Below are positions 47,714 through 56,868 of a DNA stretch of 64,000 nucleotides, in pieces. The stretch spans positions 7,232,001 to 7,296,000 of the forward strand of contig CBDBDQ010000005.1 of NCBI GenBank assembly GCA_965203905.1, read 5' to 3'. The notes under the pieces were generated by a model, which saw nothing but the letters and a program-made list of their open reading frames with translations, was not told the DNA's origin and ran no database searches. Position numbers and translations under genes: made by a program. Origin of the DNA: Spirochaetia bacterium (GTDB lineage Bacteria > Spirochaetota > Spirochaetia > SZUA-6 > Bin103). Numbering within the stretch: position 1 is the stretch's first letter; every line of letters starts with the position of its first letter.

Positions 47714-49777
47714 CTAACGGCGGAAGTATTGCGCCGGGATGTGCGGGATCTGGTAGAAGGTGAAGTAGGTGGCGAAGCCCTTTGAGGCGACGTTGCCCAT
47801 GTCATTCCGGACCAGCGCCGGGTGCGGCAGGTCGCCGCCTACCGTGCCCACCATCCACAGGTTGTCGGCCCACAGCTCGCCGATCTGGTTGGCGATGGCA
47901 ACCCTGTCGTCCTCGCCCGCGGTCTGATTGAACTGCTCCGAGAGTTCGAAGAAGCGCAGCAGGTCCGGCTCCGTGCCGGCGGCGCGCAGCCCGGCGATGC
48001 CCTCGGCGAAGTAGACGTTGGCCAGCTCCTCGCTCCACCAGCCGAACGACGGCGGCGCCCACAATGAGCCGTCGAAGATGCTGTCGGGCAGCATGTCGAT
48101 CACGTGGCTGGCGATCATCACCTCGTCGGCGGAGCGCTTGCCGTCGAACGAGTTGTCCTCGCGGAAGTCGAAGTCGGTCTTGACGCCGACTGCCTCCCAG
48201 TAGTTCTTGACCAGCTCGGCGGTGGAGGTGATCGGCGTCTCCTGCTCGTGGTAGCCCTCGATCTTGACGAACAGCTCCTTGCCGTCGGGACGGCGGCGGA
48301 TGCCGTCGGCGCCCTTCTCCAGGCCCAGCTCGTCGAGGATGCGGTTGGCCTCGTCAGGGTCGTATTCGGCGTCACGCTGGAAGTGCTCGGGCACGTGGTA
48401 GATCGAACCCGGCGGCACCGCCGCCTGTGACGGGATGCCCTTGCCGAAGTAGAGCAGCTCGTTGATCTCCGCGCGGTTGATGGCCAGCGACAGGGCGCGG
48501 CGGAAGCGCTGGTCGCGCAGCAGGCCCTCGATCACCGGATCGGGCTTGTAGGTCTGGCGGAAGAAGTAGTTGACCCCGGCCCCGGCGCGCTTCTGCCACA
48601 GCCGCACGTCGTAGTTGCCGGCCTCGGCGTTCTGGGTCAGCACGGGAAAGTCCTCGATGGTCAGGATCGAGGCCACGAAGTCCACCTCGCCGCCCATCGC
48701 CGCGATCATGAACGACTCCTTGGTGGCGGCTGAGCGGTTCTGCACCCGGTCGAAGTAGGGGAGCTGGTTGCCGGCGATATCCACCTTCCAGTAGAACGGG
48801 TTGCGCTCCCACAGCGCGTAGTCGGTGGCCGCCTCCTGCAGCACCCACGCCTCCAGCACCGGGCGCCCGATGTCATCGGAGCTCTTGCCGTAGGGCCCCT
48901 GGCGGGCGTTGAACAACTGGGTCCAGTTCTCGAAGCCGCCCTCCTTGGCGAGCTCATTGGCCTTGTCGTTGTAGCCGATGTGGAACTGCGACAGGTAGTG
49001 CTTGGGCTCGGCGATGAACCCCATCGACCACATGTAGTGCGGCAGGGTGAGCTGGCGCAACGCGAAGTTGGGCAGCGGCGCCGCAAAGGTCAACTCGAAC
49101 GTGTGGTCGTCGATGCGGCGGCCCTGCGCCGGCGAGCCGCCGACGTTGAGACTGGTCGGCACCGACGGATGCAGCTCCTTGTTCATGTTCATGTCGTCGA
49201 ACCAGAAAGCCACGTCCTCGGCGTCGAACGAATCGCCGTCCGACCACTTCATGCCAGGGCGCAGGCGCAGGGTGATGGTGCGGTCGTCGGCCGACTGGTC
49301 CACCCCTAACAGCCAGTTGGGATACCAGGTCTTGGCATCGGGGCGCAGTTGCACCGGGGGATCCTCCAGCCAGTAGGCGGGGAACCACCACACTACCGGA
49401 CCGTCCATCACGGTGGTGTTCATCTGTCCGCCGTAGCTCCCGATCTGCTCGATCGGCACCACGATCAGCGGCTCGGCGGGCACCCGCTCCGCCACCGGCG
49501 GCAGGGCTCCGCTGCTCACCATCTGCGCCAGCATCGGCGCCTCGCTCAGGGCCGGCAGCGCGCGCCCGGTGGCGGACTGCAGCTCAGCGTGCGAGCCGTA
49601 GCTCCAGGGCCGTTGCGGCGTATCGGGCAACTCGGCGCCCGCGGTGTCGGCTGCGGCTGCTCCCGCGGCGGGCTGGTCGTCGCCCTCCTCCTGGGCTCCC
49701 GCCAGCACCAGGGCCGGCGCCAGCCAGATGACGGCGCTCACCATTGCAATCAAACGGATACCGGCACGGAAATGCAT
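47714..49777 (-). CDS. ABC transporter substrate-binding protein, family 5 (orphan)
   Basis: EAPML..LPPVAERVP, GSYGG, PGMKWSDG, ERNPFYWKVD. Confidence 0.92.
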   Translation of the reverse strand: MHFRAGIRLIAMVSAVIWLAPALVLAGAQEEGDDQPAAGAAAADTAGAELPDTPQRPWSYGSHAELQSATGRALPALSEAPMLAQMVSSGALPPVAERVPAEPLIVVPIEQIGSYGGQMNTTVMDGPVVWWFPAYWLEDPPVQLRPDAKTWYPNWLLGVDQSADDRTITLRLRPGMKWSDGDSFDAEDVAFWFDDMNMNKELHPSVPTSLNVGGSPAQGRRIDDHTFELTFAAPLPNFALRQLTLPHYMWSMGFIAEPKHYLSQFHIGYNDKANELAKEGGFENWTQLFNARQGPYGKSSDDIGRPVLEAWVLQEAATDYALWERNPFYWKVDIAGNQLPYFDRVQNRSAATKESFMIAAMGGEVDFVASILTIEDFPVLTQNAEAGNYDVRLWQKRAGAGVNYFFRQTYKPDPVIEGLLRDQRFRRALSLAINRAEINELLYFGKGIPSQAAVPPGSIYHVPEHFQRDAEYDPDEANRILDELGLEKGADGIRRRPDGKELFVKIEGYHEQETPITSTAELVKNYWEAVGVKTDFDFREDNSFDGKRSADEVMIASHVIDMLPDSIFDGSLWAPPSFGWWSEELANVYFAEGIAGLRAAGTEPDLLRFFELSEQFNQTAGEDDRVAIANQIGELWADNLWMVGTVGGDLPHPALVRNDMGNVASKGFATYFTFYQIPHIPAQYFRR

Positions 49778-50100
49778 AGAGTCCTCCTGGGATCGGTGAA
49801 GTTGCCGTTCACACTACCACCGCCGCGACAGGTGCTACAATGTGCCGCATGCACTCACCGCCACCGGGGGCTCGCCCCCTCGGCGCTCACGTCGGCCTTG
49901 TTTCGGATCGCTGTCGAGGTCATCGCATGGATCGCGTGCTGGCGGCAGGCGGAAATGCAGCCTATCATGGACCAATGGGACAGCGAGGCTTCCGTAACCT
50001 GCTCATTGTCGGAAGCCAGTTTGCGCACATGACCGCGCGTCGACGATGCGACATGGGAGTTCAACGCAGCCGTGTTCGCAGCCGTTTTAACGACTGAGCC

Positions 50101-51591
50101 ATGACCGCAGGTGCCAACCACGACTACTTGCTCGGTCTCGTGCGCGAGTTGTGCAAGTTACCGCATGAGACCGACTGGGTCGAGTTCAAGCTCAATCAGG
50201 ACACGCCGCAAGAGATCGGAGAGTACATTTCGGCGCTGGCCAATGCCGCGACTCTCCACGGCAAGGCCCAGGCCTACCTGCTGTGGGGAGTCGAGAACGG
50301 CACACATGCAATCGCTGGTACGGGTTTTTCTCCATCCAGTGCGAAGAAGGGAAATGAGCCCCTTGAGACCTGGCTGCTGCGCTTGCTGAGTCCTCGTATC
50401 GATTTCCGTTTCCACGAATTCCTCGTCGAAGAACGACGCGTCGTTCTCCTGGAGATCGACCGCGCTTCGCGACAGCCCGTGGCTTTCAGTGGTGACGAAT
50501 TCGTCAGGGTCGGTAGTACCAAGAGGAAGCTCAAGGACTATCCCGAGAAGGAACGGGCGTTGTGGCGCGTCTTCGACCGGGTGAGCTTCGAAGAAGGCAT
50601 AGCGGCCGAGCGGCTGAGTGGTGAGGAGGTCCTTACCAGACTCGACTATCCCGCGTACTTCGACCTACTTGATACGCCGCTGCCGGACGGCCACGCCGCT
50701 ATCCTCAATGTGCTCCAGCAAGATCGGTTGATCGCCCCCGGCCCGGCTGGCGGCTTCGACATCATGAATCTGGGTGCCATGCTGCTGGCCAGGAATCTCG
50801 CCGATTTTCGGTCGTTGCAACGCAAAGCCGTTCGAGTGATCGAGTACCGAGACTCGGGCCGCACCGAGACCTTAAAAGAGCGGGAAGGCTTCCGTGGCTA
50901 CGCAGCCGGCTTCCGAAACCTGCTCGGATACATCAACGCCAGACTGCCGGTAAGCGAGGTTATTGGTCAGGCCCTGCGCCAGACGATACCGGCATTCCCC
51001 GAGATCGCGGTACGAGAACTGGTGGCCAATGCCTTGATCCATCAGGATTTCCTGGCAACCGGCACCGGGCCGATGGTGGAGATTTTCCCAGGCCGCATCG
51101 AGATCACGAACCCCGGTGAACCACTGGTGGATACCGAACGCTTTCTCGATAGCCCCCCGCGGTCTCGAAACGAGGTTCTCGCCTCTCTCATGCGTCGCTT
51201 TCGGATCTGCGAGGAGCGCGGCAGCGGTATCGACAAGGTAGTATTCGAGATTGAACGCCACCAGCTTCCAGCGCCACTCTTCGAGACTCCTCCGAACTAC
51301 ACCCGGGTGGTGTTGTTCTCCCACAAGGCCCTGGCGGATATGGACAAGACGGAGCGTGAGAGGGCCTGCTATCTGCATGCCTGCCTGAAGTACGTACAGC
51401 GTGGGAGCATGACCAATACGTCGATTCGAGAGCGGTTCGGAATTGACGAGAAGAATCGTGCGATTGCGTCACGCCTGATCCGGGAGGCAGTGGAGGCGGG
51501 CCTCGTCTCCATCCGTCTCCCCGAGGCATCACCCAAGTACCGCGAGTACATACCGTTCTGGGCATCGCCAGAGCAGTCGAGAGCCCTCTAA
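50101..51591 (+). CDS. AlbA_2 (Schlafen-like) + HATPase_c_4 ATP-binding protein with C-terminal wHTH
   Basis: ETDWVEFK, ISALAN, WGVEN; RELVANALIH, IEITNPG, SRN, EERGSGIDK; YIPFWA; lower GC. Confidence 0.85.
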   Translation: MTAGANHDYLLGLVRELCKLPHETDWVEFKLNQDTPQEIGEYISALANAATLHGKAQAYLLWGVENGTHAIAGTGFSPSSAKKGNEPLETWLLRLLSPRIDFRFHEFLVEERRVVLLEIDRASRQPVAFSGDEFVRVGSTKRKLKDYPEKERALWRVFDRVSFEEGIAAERLSGEEVLTRLDYPAYFDLLDTPLPDGHAAILNVLQQDRLIAPGPAGGFDIMNLGAMLLARNLADFRSLQRKAVRVIEYRDSGRTETLKEREGFRGYAAGFRNLLGYINARLPVSEVIGQALRQTIPAFPEIAVRELVANALIHQDFLATGTGPMVEIFPGRIEITNPGEPLVDTERFLDSPPRSRNEVLASLMRRFRICEERGSGIDKVVFEIERHQLPAPLFETPPNYTRVVLFSHKALADMDKTERERACYLHACLKYVQRGSMTNTSIRERFGIDEKNRAIASRLIREAVEAGLVSIRLPEASPKYREYIPFWASPEQSRAL

Positions 51592-51601
51592 GCCCCGTCT
51601 C

Positions 51602-51688
51602 TACTTGACCGGTACCACTACCAGACCTTATAGGATATCTCCATATCATTACTGTATAATTAATTACGTTACTTGACGGGCACTTGAT
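51602..51688. repeat. 87-bp imperfect direct repeat, left copy (three TACTTGAC-like boxes)
   Basis: Gapless alignment to 52413-52499; last 39 nt 31/39 identical by manual count. Confidence 0.8.
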
Positions 51689-51764
51689 CGAAGCCCACCG
51701 AACCTCAGTGTCAGGTCACACTCGAAGGTTGACCGACTCGCGAGTAATACTTAGTTTTACGGGC

Positions 51765-51992
51765 GTGACGAAGACCATTACCAGGATCGGTAACTCTCAA
51801 GGCATCATCTTCGACGTCGCGTTCATGGACCTGGCTCGTCTCAAGGTGGGAGACCAACTCGTCGTCACGGTCCACGAGGGCGGAACGATCACGCTGACGC
51901 CGGTTCACCCCGCCATCGAGGCCGAGAGGGCCAGTGCCACGGCGAAGCGCCTGATCGGCAAGAACGAGGAACTGTTCCGGCGCCTGTCGTGA
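51765..51992 (+). CDS. AbrB/MazE-type antitoxin
   Basis: KTITRIGNSQGIIFD..LKVGDQL..; overlaps the doc start. Confidence 0.85.
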   Translation: MTKTITRIGNSQGIIFDVAFMDLARLKVGDQLVVTVHEGGTITLTPVHPAIEAERASATAKRLIGKNEELFRRLS

Positions 51993-52423
51993 GCGCCCGG
52001 CTCATCCATCCGACGGTCTCAGCGGTCAAGGCCATACACGTCGAGGTGCTCGCGGCCCACGGGGGCATGGAGGGACTGCGGGATGAAGCCCTGCTTGAGT
52101 CGGCGGTGGCGGCACCGCAGGCGACGATGTTCGGCAAGCCCTTGCTGGAGGACCCGATCGAGGTCGCGGCGGCGTACCTGTTCTACCTGTGCAACAACCA
52201 CCCCTTCATGGACGGCAACAAGCGGGTTGCACTGGCCACCTGCCTGGTCTTTCTGAGTGAGAACGGGCTGCTTCCCGCGGAGCAACTCGATCCGGACGCC
52301 TGGGAACGGCTGACGCTCGACGTGGCATCCGGTCAGCTCGACCGCGCCGAGACAGCCACTCGCCTTCGCCACCTGCTCGGCACAGCGACAAGTGTCCGGA
52401 CGACGCCGGTTTTACTTGACTGA
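51989..52423 (+). CDS. doc: Doc/Fic-family toxin
   Basis: GLRDEALLESA, HPFMDGNKRVA motif. Confidence 0.92.
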   Translation: MSARLIHPTVSAVKAIHVEVLAAHGGMEGLRDEALLESAVAAPQATMFGKPLLEDPIEVAAAYLFYLCNNHPFMDGNKRVALATCLVFLSENGLLPAEQLDPDAWERLTLDVASGQLDRAETATRLRHLLGTATSVRTTPVLLD

Positions 52424-52499
52424 GAGCCCATTCAGATCCTCAAGTAACATCGTATCTGTCTATCATATAACTGATTACGGTACTTGACGGGTACTTGAC
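52413..52499. repeat. 87-bp imperfect direct repeat, right copy
   Basis: TACTTGAC at offsets 0, 68 and 79 as in 51602-51688. Confidence 0.8.
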
Positions 52500-52546
52500 T
52501 GGCGCCGGCGCGAGAGTGCCGGAGCGGCGGCACCGGCGGCCCGTGT

Positions 52547-52575
52547 TTGACGCGGCCCGGTGGCCGTGCTAGCAT
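52547..52575 (+). promoter_or_regulatory. Putative sigma70 promoter of the 52624-61424 operon
   Basis: TTGACG-17 nt-TAGCAT. Confidence 0.55.
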
Positions 52576-52623
52576 CGCCGGAACCACCGGCAGCCTGCCG
52601 GACCACCGATAAGGAGTCTACTC

Positions 52624-54573
52624 GTGAAGCACTACCTGAACCTGGCACTCGCGCTGCTGGTGCTGCCCGCGATGCTGGCAGCGGCCGGCGGAGAGGGCGA
52701 GCAGTCGACCGCGGCATCCTCGGACAGCATGATGTCCGACTCGAAGTACAAGGAAGCCCCCATGCTGGCCGAACGGGTGGCCGCGGGCGAGCTGCCGCCG
52801 GTGGACGAGCGGCTGCCGGACGTCCCCGACGTGATCGAGCCGACCGCGGAGGTCGGCACCTACGGCGGCACCATCCAGCTCATCTCCAACCTGCCGGAGT
52901 CGTGGGGCGACGCGACGCAGTTCCTGCGGGCGTTCGTGATCGAGCGCTACATTCACGCCCCGTCGGAATTCTTCCCCGGCCTGGCGCTCGACTGGGACGC
53001 CGCCGAAGACGGCAAGAGCCTCACGCTCAACATCAGGCCCGGCCTGAAGTGGTCCGACGGCGAGCCGTTCGGCGCCGAGGACTTCCGCTTCATGTGGGAA
53101 GACATTCTCAAGCGCGACCCCAACTCGCAGATCCGCTCCTTCAACATCGGCAACTACGGCGGCGACATGGACATCACCGTGATCGACGACCTCACGGTGC
53201 GCTACGACTGGGAGGATGCGAACTACGCCAAGCCGATCTACTTCTCGCACTGGGGCGACTGGTACGGCAGCCAGCAGCACATCTACCAGGCTGCGCACAC
53301 CCTCAAGCAGTGGCACCTCGACTACAACGAGAAGGCCAATGAGCTGGCCAAGGAAGAAGGGTTCGAAAGCTGGATCCAGTTGATCGGGTCGAAGCTGATC
53401 CTCAACGGCACCATGACCCCCGACGTGCCCACCATGGGGCCCTACTTCGTCAAGGAGCTGCTCGCCGACGGCCATCTGCTGGAACGCAATCCCTACTACT
53501 ACCGGGTCGACAGCGCCGGCCAGCAGCTCCCCTACATCGACTACGCCCGCGGCACCTACCGCGCCGACAACGCATCGCGGGTGCTGGCCGTGATCGGCGG
53601 CGAGGTCGACTTCTGGGTCAGCCACCAGGCCTCGATCGAGGACTTCCCGGTGTTCAAGGAGAACGAGGACAAGGGCGGCTACAATGCCTTCCTGCTCGAC
53701 TCGGGCAAGCCGGCCAACATCAACATCCACGTCAACGGCACCTACGCCCCGGAGAACGAAGATCCCTTCCTGACCGAGCTGTTCCAGACCAAGGAGTTCC
53801 GCCAGGCGCTGTCGCTGGCCATCAACCGCCAGGAGATCGTGGACGTCGTCTTTCTCGGCAACGCCGAGCCGGTGCAGCAGACCTTCAACCGCACCGTGAG
53901 CAACTTCAAGGAGGAGTGGCTCCGGTCCTACGCCGAGTACGATCCCGACCAGGCCAACATGCTGCTCGACGGCATTGGCCTGAGCGACCGCGACGGCGAC
54001 GGCTTCCGGCTGCGGCCGGACGGCTCCAAGCTGGAGATCCTGTTCCAGGTGCCGCAGCAGTTGGCGCCCAACGTGGCGGCCAGCGAGCTGATCACCAAGT
54101 ACTGGCAGGACGTGGGGCTGCGCATCCTGCTGCAGGTGCAGGACATCGGCATCGTGGTCGACCACCTGCGCAACTCCACCTATCAGCTCAGCAGCTTCGG
54201 CAACGAGTGGGGCGGCGACATCTTCTACGTGATGTTCGGCTACGCCACCTGGAACACCTGGGCCGGAGCCCAGAAGTACTGGCAGTGGAACCGCGACAAC
54301 TCGACCGGCTGGGAGCCTCCGCAAATCTGGAAAGACATCTTCGAGGCGGAGAGCCGGCGCCAGAAGGTGCCGATGGAGCAGGTGCTGGAAGATGCCACCT
54401 GGATCCTGGACTGGCACGCCGAGAACCTGCTCACCATCGGCGTCGCCGGGTACGCCAAGGCGCCCGGGATCGTCAAGCAGAATCTGGTCAACACCAACCC
54501 CGACGTGCACGACATCTGGGAATGGGACCGGATCAACGCCCACCGGCCCTACCAGTGGTTCTTCAAGAACTGA
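52624..54573 (+). CDS. ABC transporter substrate-binding protein, family 5
   Basis: YKEAPML..GELPPVDERLP, PGLKWSDG, ERNPYYYRVD; TAAGGAG RBS. Confidence 0.92.
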   Translation: MKHYLNLALALLVLPAMLAAAGGEGEQSTAASSDSMMSDSKYKEAPMLAERVAAGELPPVDERLPDVPDVIEPTAEVGTYGGTIQLISNLPESWGDATQFLRAFVIERYIHAPSEFFPGLALDWDAAEDGKSLTLNIRPGLKWSDGEPFGAEDFRFMWEDILKRDPNSQIRSFNIGNYGGDMDITVIDDLTVRYDWEDANYAKPIYFSHWGDWYGSQQHIYQAAHTLKQWHLDYNEKANELAKEEGFESWIQLIGSKLILNGTMTPDVPTMGPYFVKELLADGHLLERNPYYYRVDSAGQQLPYIDYARGTYRADNASRVLAVIGGEVDFWVSHQASIEDFPVFKENEDKGGYNAFLLDSGKPANINIHVNGTYAPENEDPFLTELFQTKEFRQALSLAINRQEIVDVVFLGNAEPVQQTFNRTVSNFKEEWLRSYAEYDPDQANMLLDGIGLSDRDGDGFRLRPDGSKLEILFQVPQQLAPNVAASELITKYWQDVGLRILLQVQDIGIVVDHLRNSTYQLSSFGNEWGGDIFYVMFGYATWNTWAGAQKYWQWNRDNSTGWEPPQIWKDIFEAESRRQKVPMEQVLEDATWILDWHAENLLTIGVAGYAKAPGIVKQNLVNTNPDVHDIWEWDRINAHRPYQWFFKN

Positions 54574-54735
54574 CGCCGGCGGCTCGTCTCGAGGTGGGTG
54601 CCGGGCGCGGTTGAAGCAAGGAGCAACGCGCCAGCCGAGATGCAGCGCCGCTCGATTGCAGCAGACACACGGGGTGTAGCCCGCTTGCGCATTGAGCGGG
54701 CGCACCCCTGATTTCAGCGGAAGCAGGGTACCGGC

Positions 54736-55728
54736 ATGGTCTCCTACATCCTTCAGCGGCTGGCCTACATGGTGGTGCTCCTGCTGATGCTGTCGGTGGC
54801 GGCCTTCGTCATCATCGAGCTGCCCACCGGCGATGCGCTGAGCACCCAGCTCGCCGGCCTGGCGCTGCGCGGCACTCCCGATGCCGAGCAGCAGATCGAG
54901 ACCATGCGCCGCTTCTACGGGCTCGACCGACCCGGCCACGAACGCTACTTCGTGTGGCTGGGCAACCTGCTGCGGGGGGATCTCGGGAACTCGTTCCACC
55001 ACATGGTGCCCAACACCAAGCTGATCGGTGAGCGACTCCCCGGGACCGTGATCATCTCGATCACCACGCTGCTGTTCACCTACGTCGTCGGCATCGCCAT
55101 CGGCATCTACTCGGCCACCCACCAGTACTCGTTCGGCGACTACTCGGCGACGGTGTTCGGCTTCGTCGGCATGGCGACGCCCAACTTCATCCTCGCCCTG
55201 GTGCTGCTCTACCTGGCCTACGTCTGGTTCGGCGAGAGCCTGCTGGGGCTGTTCTCGCGCAAGTACGCGGATGCTCCGTGGAGCCTGGCCAAGGTGTGGG
55301 ACCTGCTGAAGCACCTGCCGGTGCCGATCATCGTCATCGGCACCGCCGGCACCGCGGGCCTGATCCGGACCCTGCGCGCCACGCTCCTGGACGAGCTGGG
55401 CAGGCAGTACGTGATCACCGCCCGCGCCAAGGGACTGGCGGAACGGCGCCTGACCTTCAAGTACCCGGTGCGGGTGGCGCTCAACCCGATCGTCAGCGGG
55501 CTCGGCGGCGTGTTCGCCACCATCGTGTCCGGTGAGGCGATCACCAGCATCGTGCTCAGCCTGCCGACCACCGGCTCGCTCCTGCTGGTGGCACTGACCA
55601 GCCAGGACACCTACCTGGCGGGAAGCATCGTCATGGTGTTGAGCGCCCTGACGATCGTCGGGTTCCTGGTCTCCGATCTGACCCTGGCGGCCGTGGATCC
55701 GCGGATCCGCCTGGAGCGGGCACAGTAA
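54736..55728 (+). CDS. ABC transporter permease (OppB-like)
   Basis: IELPTGD, GDLGNS, DELGRQYVITARAKGL, DPRIR. Confidence 0.93.
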   Translation: MVSYILQRLAYMVVLLLMLSVAAFVIIELPTGDALSTQLAGLALRGTPDAEQQIETMRRFYGLDRPGHERYFVWLGNLLRGDLGNSFHHMVPNTKLIGERLPGTVIISITTLLFTYVVGIAIGIYSATHQYSFGDYSATVFGFVGMATPNFILALVLLYLAYVWFGESLLGLFSRKYADAPWSLAKVWDLLKHLPVPIIVIGTAGTAGLIRTLRATLLDELGRQYVITARAKGLAERRLTFKYPVRVALNPIVSGLGGVFATIVSGEAITSIVLSLPTTGSLLLVALTSQDTYLAGSIVMVLSALTIVGFLVSDLTLAAVDPRIRLERAQ

Positions 55729-56846
55729 TGGCCAACACGGCCGGCGGGGCTACCGTGGAGGAACGCAGCGAGCGCTACTACCTCGCCACCCAGTGGCAGC
55801 TCATGGCCGCCAAGTTCCGCAGCCACAAGCTGGCCCGGTTCGGTGCGGGCGTGCTGATCGCATTCTACCTCGCGGCGTTGTTCGCGGAGTTCGTCGCCAC
55901 CGAGGACATGGCCCTCATGTACACCGAGACCCCGCACGCACCGCCACGCCGCATCCACCTGTTCGACGAGAACGGCTCGCTGCGCAGCCCGTTCGTGTAC
56001 GCGTTCATCCAGGCACGCAACCAGGAGACGCTGCGCATGGAGTACCAGGAGGACCGCTCGCGGAGCTACCGGGTGCGCCTGTTCGTTGCCGGCGACCCGT
56101 ACCGGATGTGGGGACTGTTCGACGCCAGCGTCCACCTGTTCGGCATCGAAGAGGAGCCGCTCTACCTGTTCGGCAGCGACCGGCTCGGGCGCGACATGTT
56201 TTCCCGCATCGTCTACGCGTCGCGCATCAGCATGACCATCGGCCTGGTAGGCGTGGCGATCAGCTTCGTGCTCGGCACCATCATCGGCGGCATCTCCGGC
56301 TATTTCGGCGGTGCGGTCGACATGATCGCGCAACGGGTCATCGAGTTCCTGCTGTCGATTCCGACCATCCCGGTGTGGATGGCGCTGAGCGCGGCGGTGC
56401 CGCTGAACTGGCCGCCGCTGCGGGTCTACTTCGCCATCACGGTGGTGCTCTCGATCATCGGCTGGACCGGCCTGGCCCGGATCGTGCGCGGCAAGCTGAT
56501 CAGCTTGCGCGAAGAGGACTTCGTGGCCGCGGCCCGCATCGCCGGCTGCCGGGAGATGCGGATCATCAACCGGCACCTGATCCCGTCGTTCATCAGTTAC
56601 CTGATCGTGCACCTTACCCTGGCGATCCCCGGTATGATCCTGGGCGAGACCGCGCTCAGCTTCCTCGGCCTGGGCCTGCGGCCGCCGACGGTGAGCTGGG
56701 GCGTGCTGCTGCAGGACGCGATGAACATCCAGGCGGTGGCGATCTACCCCTGGCTGCTGCTGCCGGTGCTGTTCGTGATCGTGTTCGTGCTCTGTTTCAA
56801 TTTCTTCGGCGACGGGTTGCGCGACGCGGCCGACCCCTACCGCTGA
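55728..56846 (+). CDS. ABC transporter permease (OppC-like)
   Basis: [30 protein letters not shown]. Confidence 0.93.
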   Translation: MANTAGGATVEERSERYYLATQWQLMAAKFRSHKLARFGAGVLIAFYLAALFAEFVATEDMALMYTETPHAPPRRIHLFDENGSLRSPFVYAFIQARNQETLRMEYQEDRSRSYRVRLFVAGDPYRMWGLFDASVHLFGIEEEPLYLFGSDRLGRDMFSRIVYASRISMTIGLVGVAISFVLGTIIGGISGYFGGAVDMIAQRVIEFLLSIPTIPVWMALSAAVPLNWPPLRVYFAITVVLSIIGWTGLARIVRGKLISLREEDFVAAARIAGCREMRIINRHLIPSFISYLIVHLTLAIPGMILGETALSFLGLGLRPPTVSWGVLLQDAMNIQAVAIYPWLLLPVLFVIVFVLCFNFFGDGLRDAADPYR

Positions 56847-56868
56847 GCGATCGCTCAAGGAGGCAGCG

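Noticed and set aside
49900-50097. Possible HepT/DUF86 relic (GFRNLLI ... VDDATW)
   Set aside because: Motifs are in different frames and the RxxxxH His is missing; needs BLASTX
51645-51675. Canonical dif/XerCD site
   Set aside because: Spacer is 4 nt and arms deviate; kept only as part of the 87-bp repeat finding
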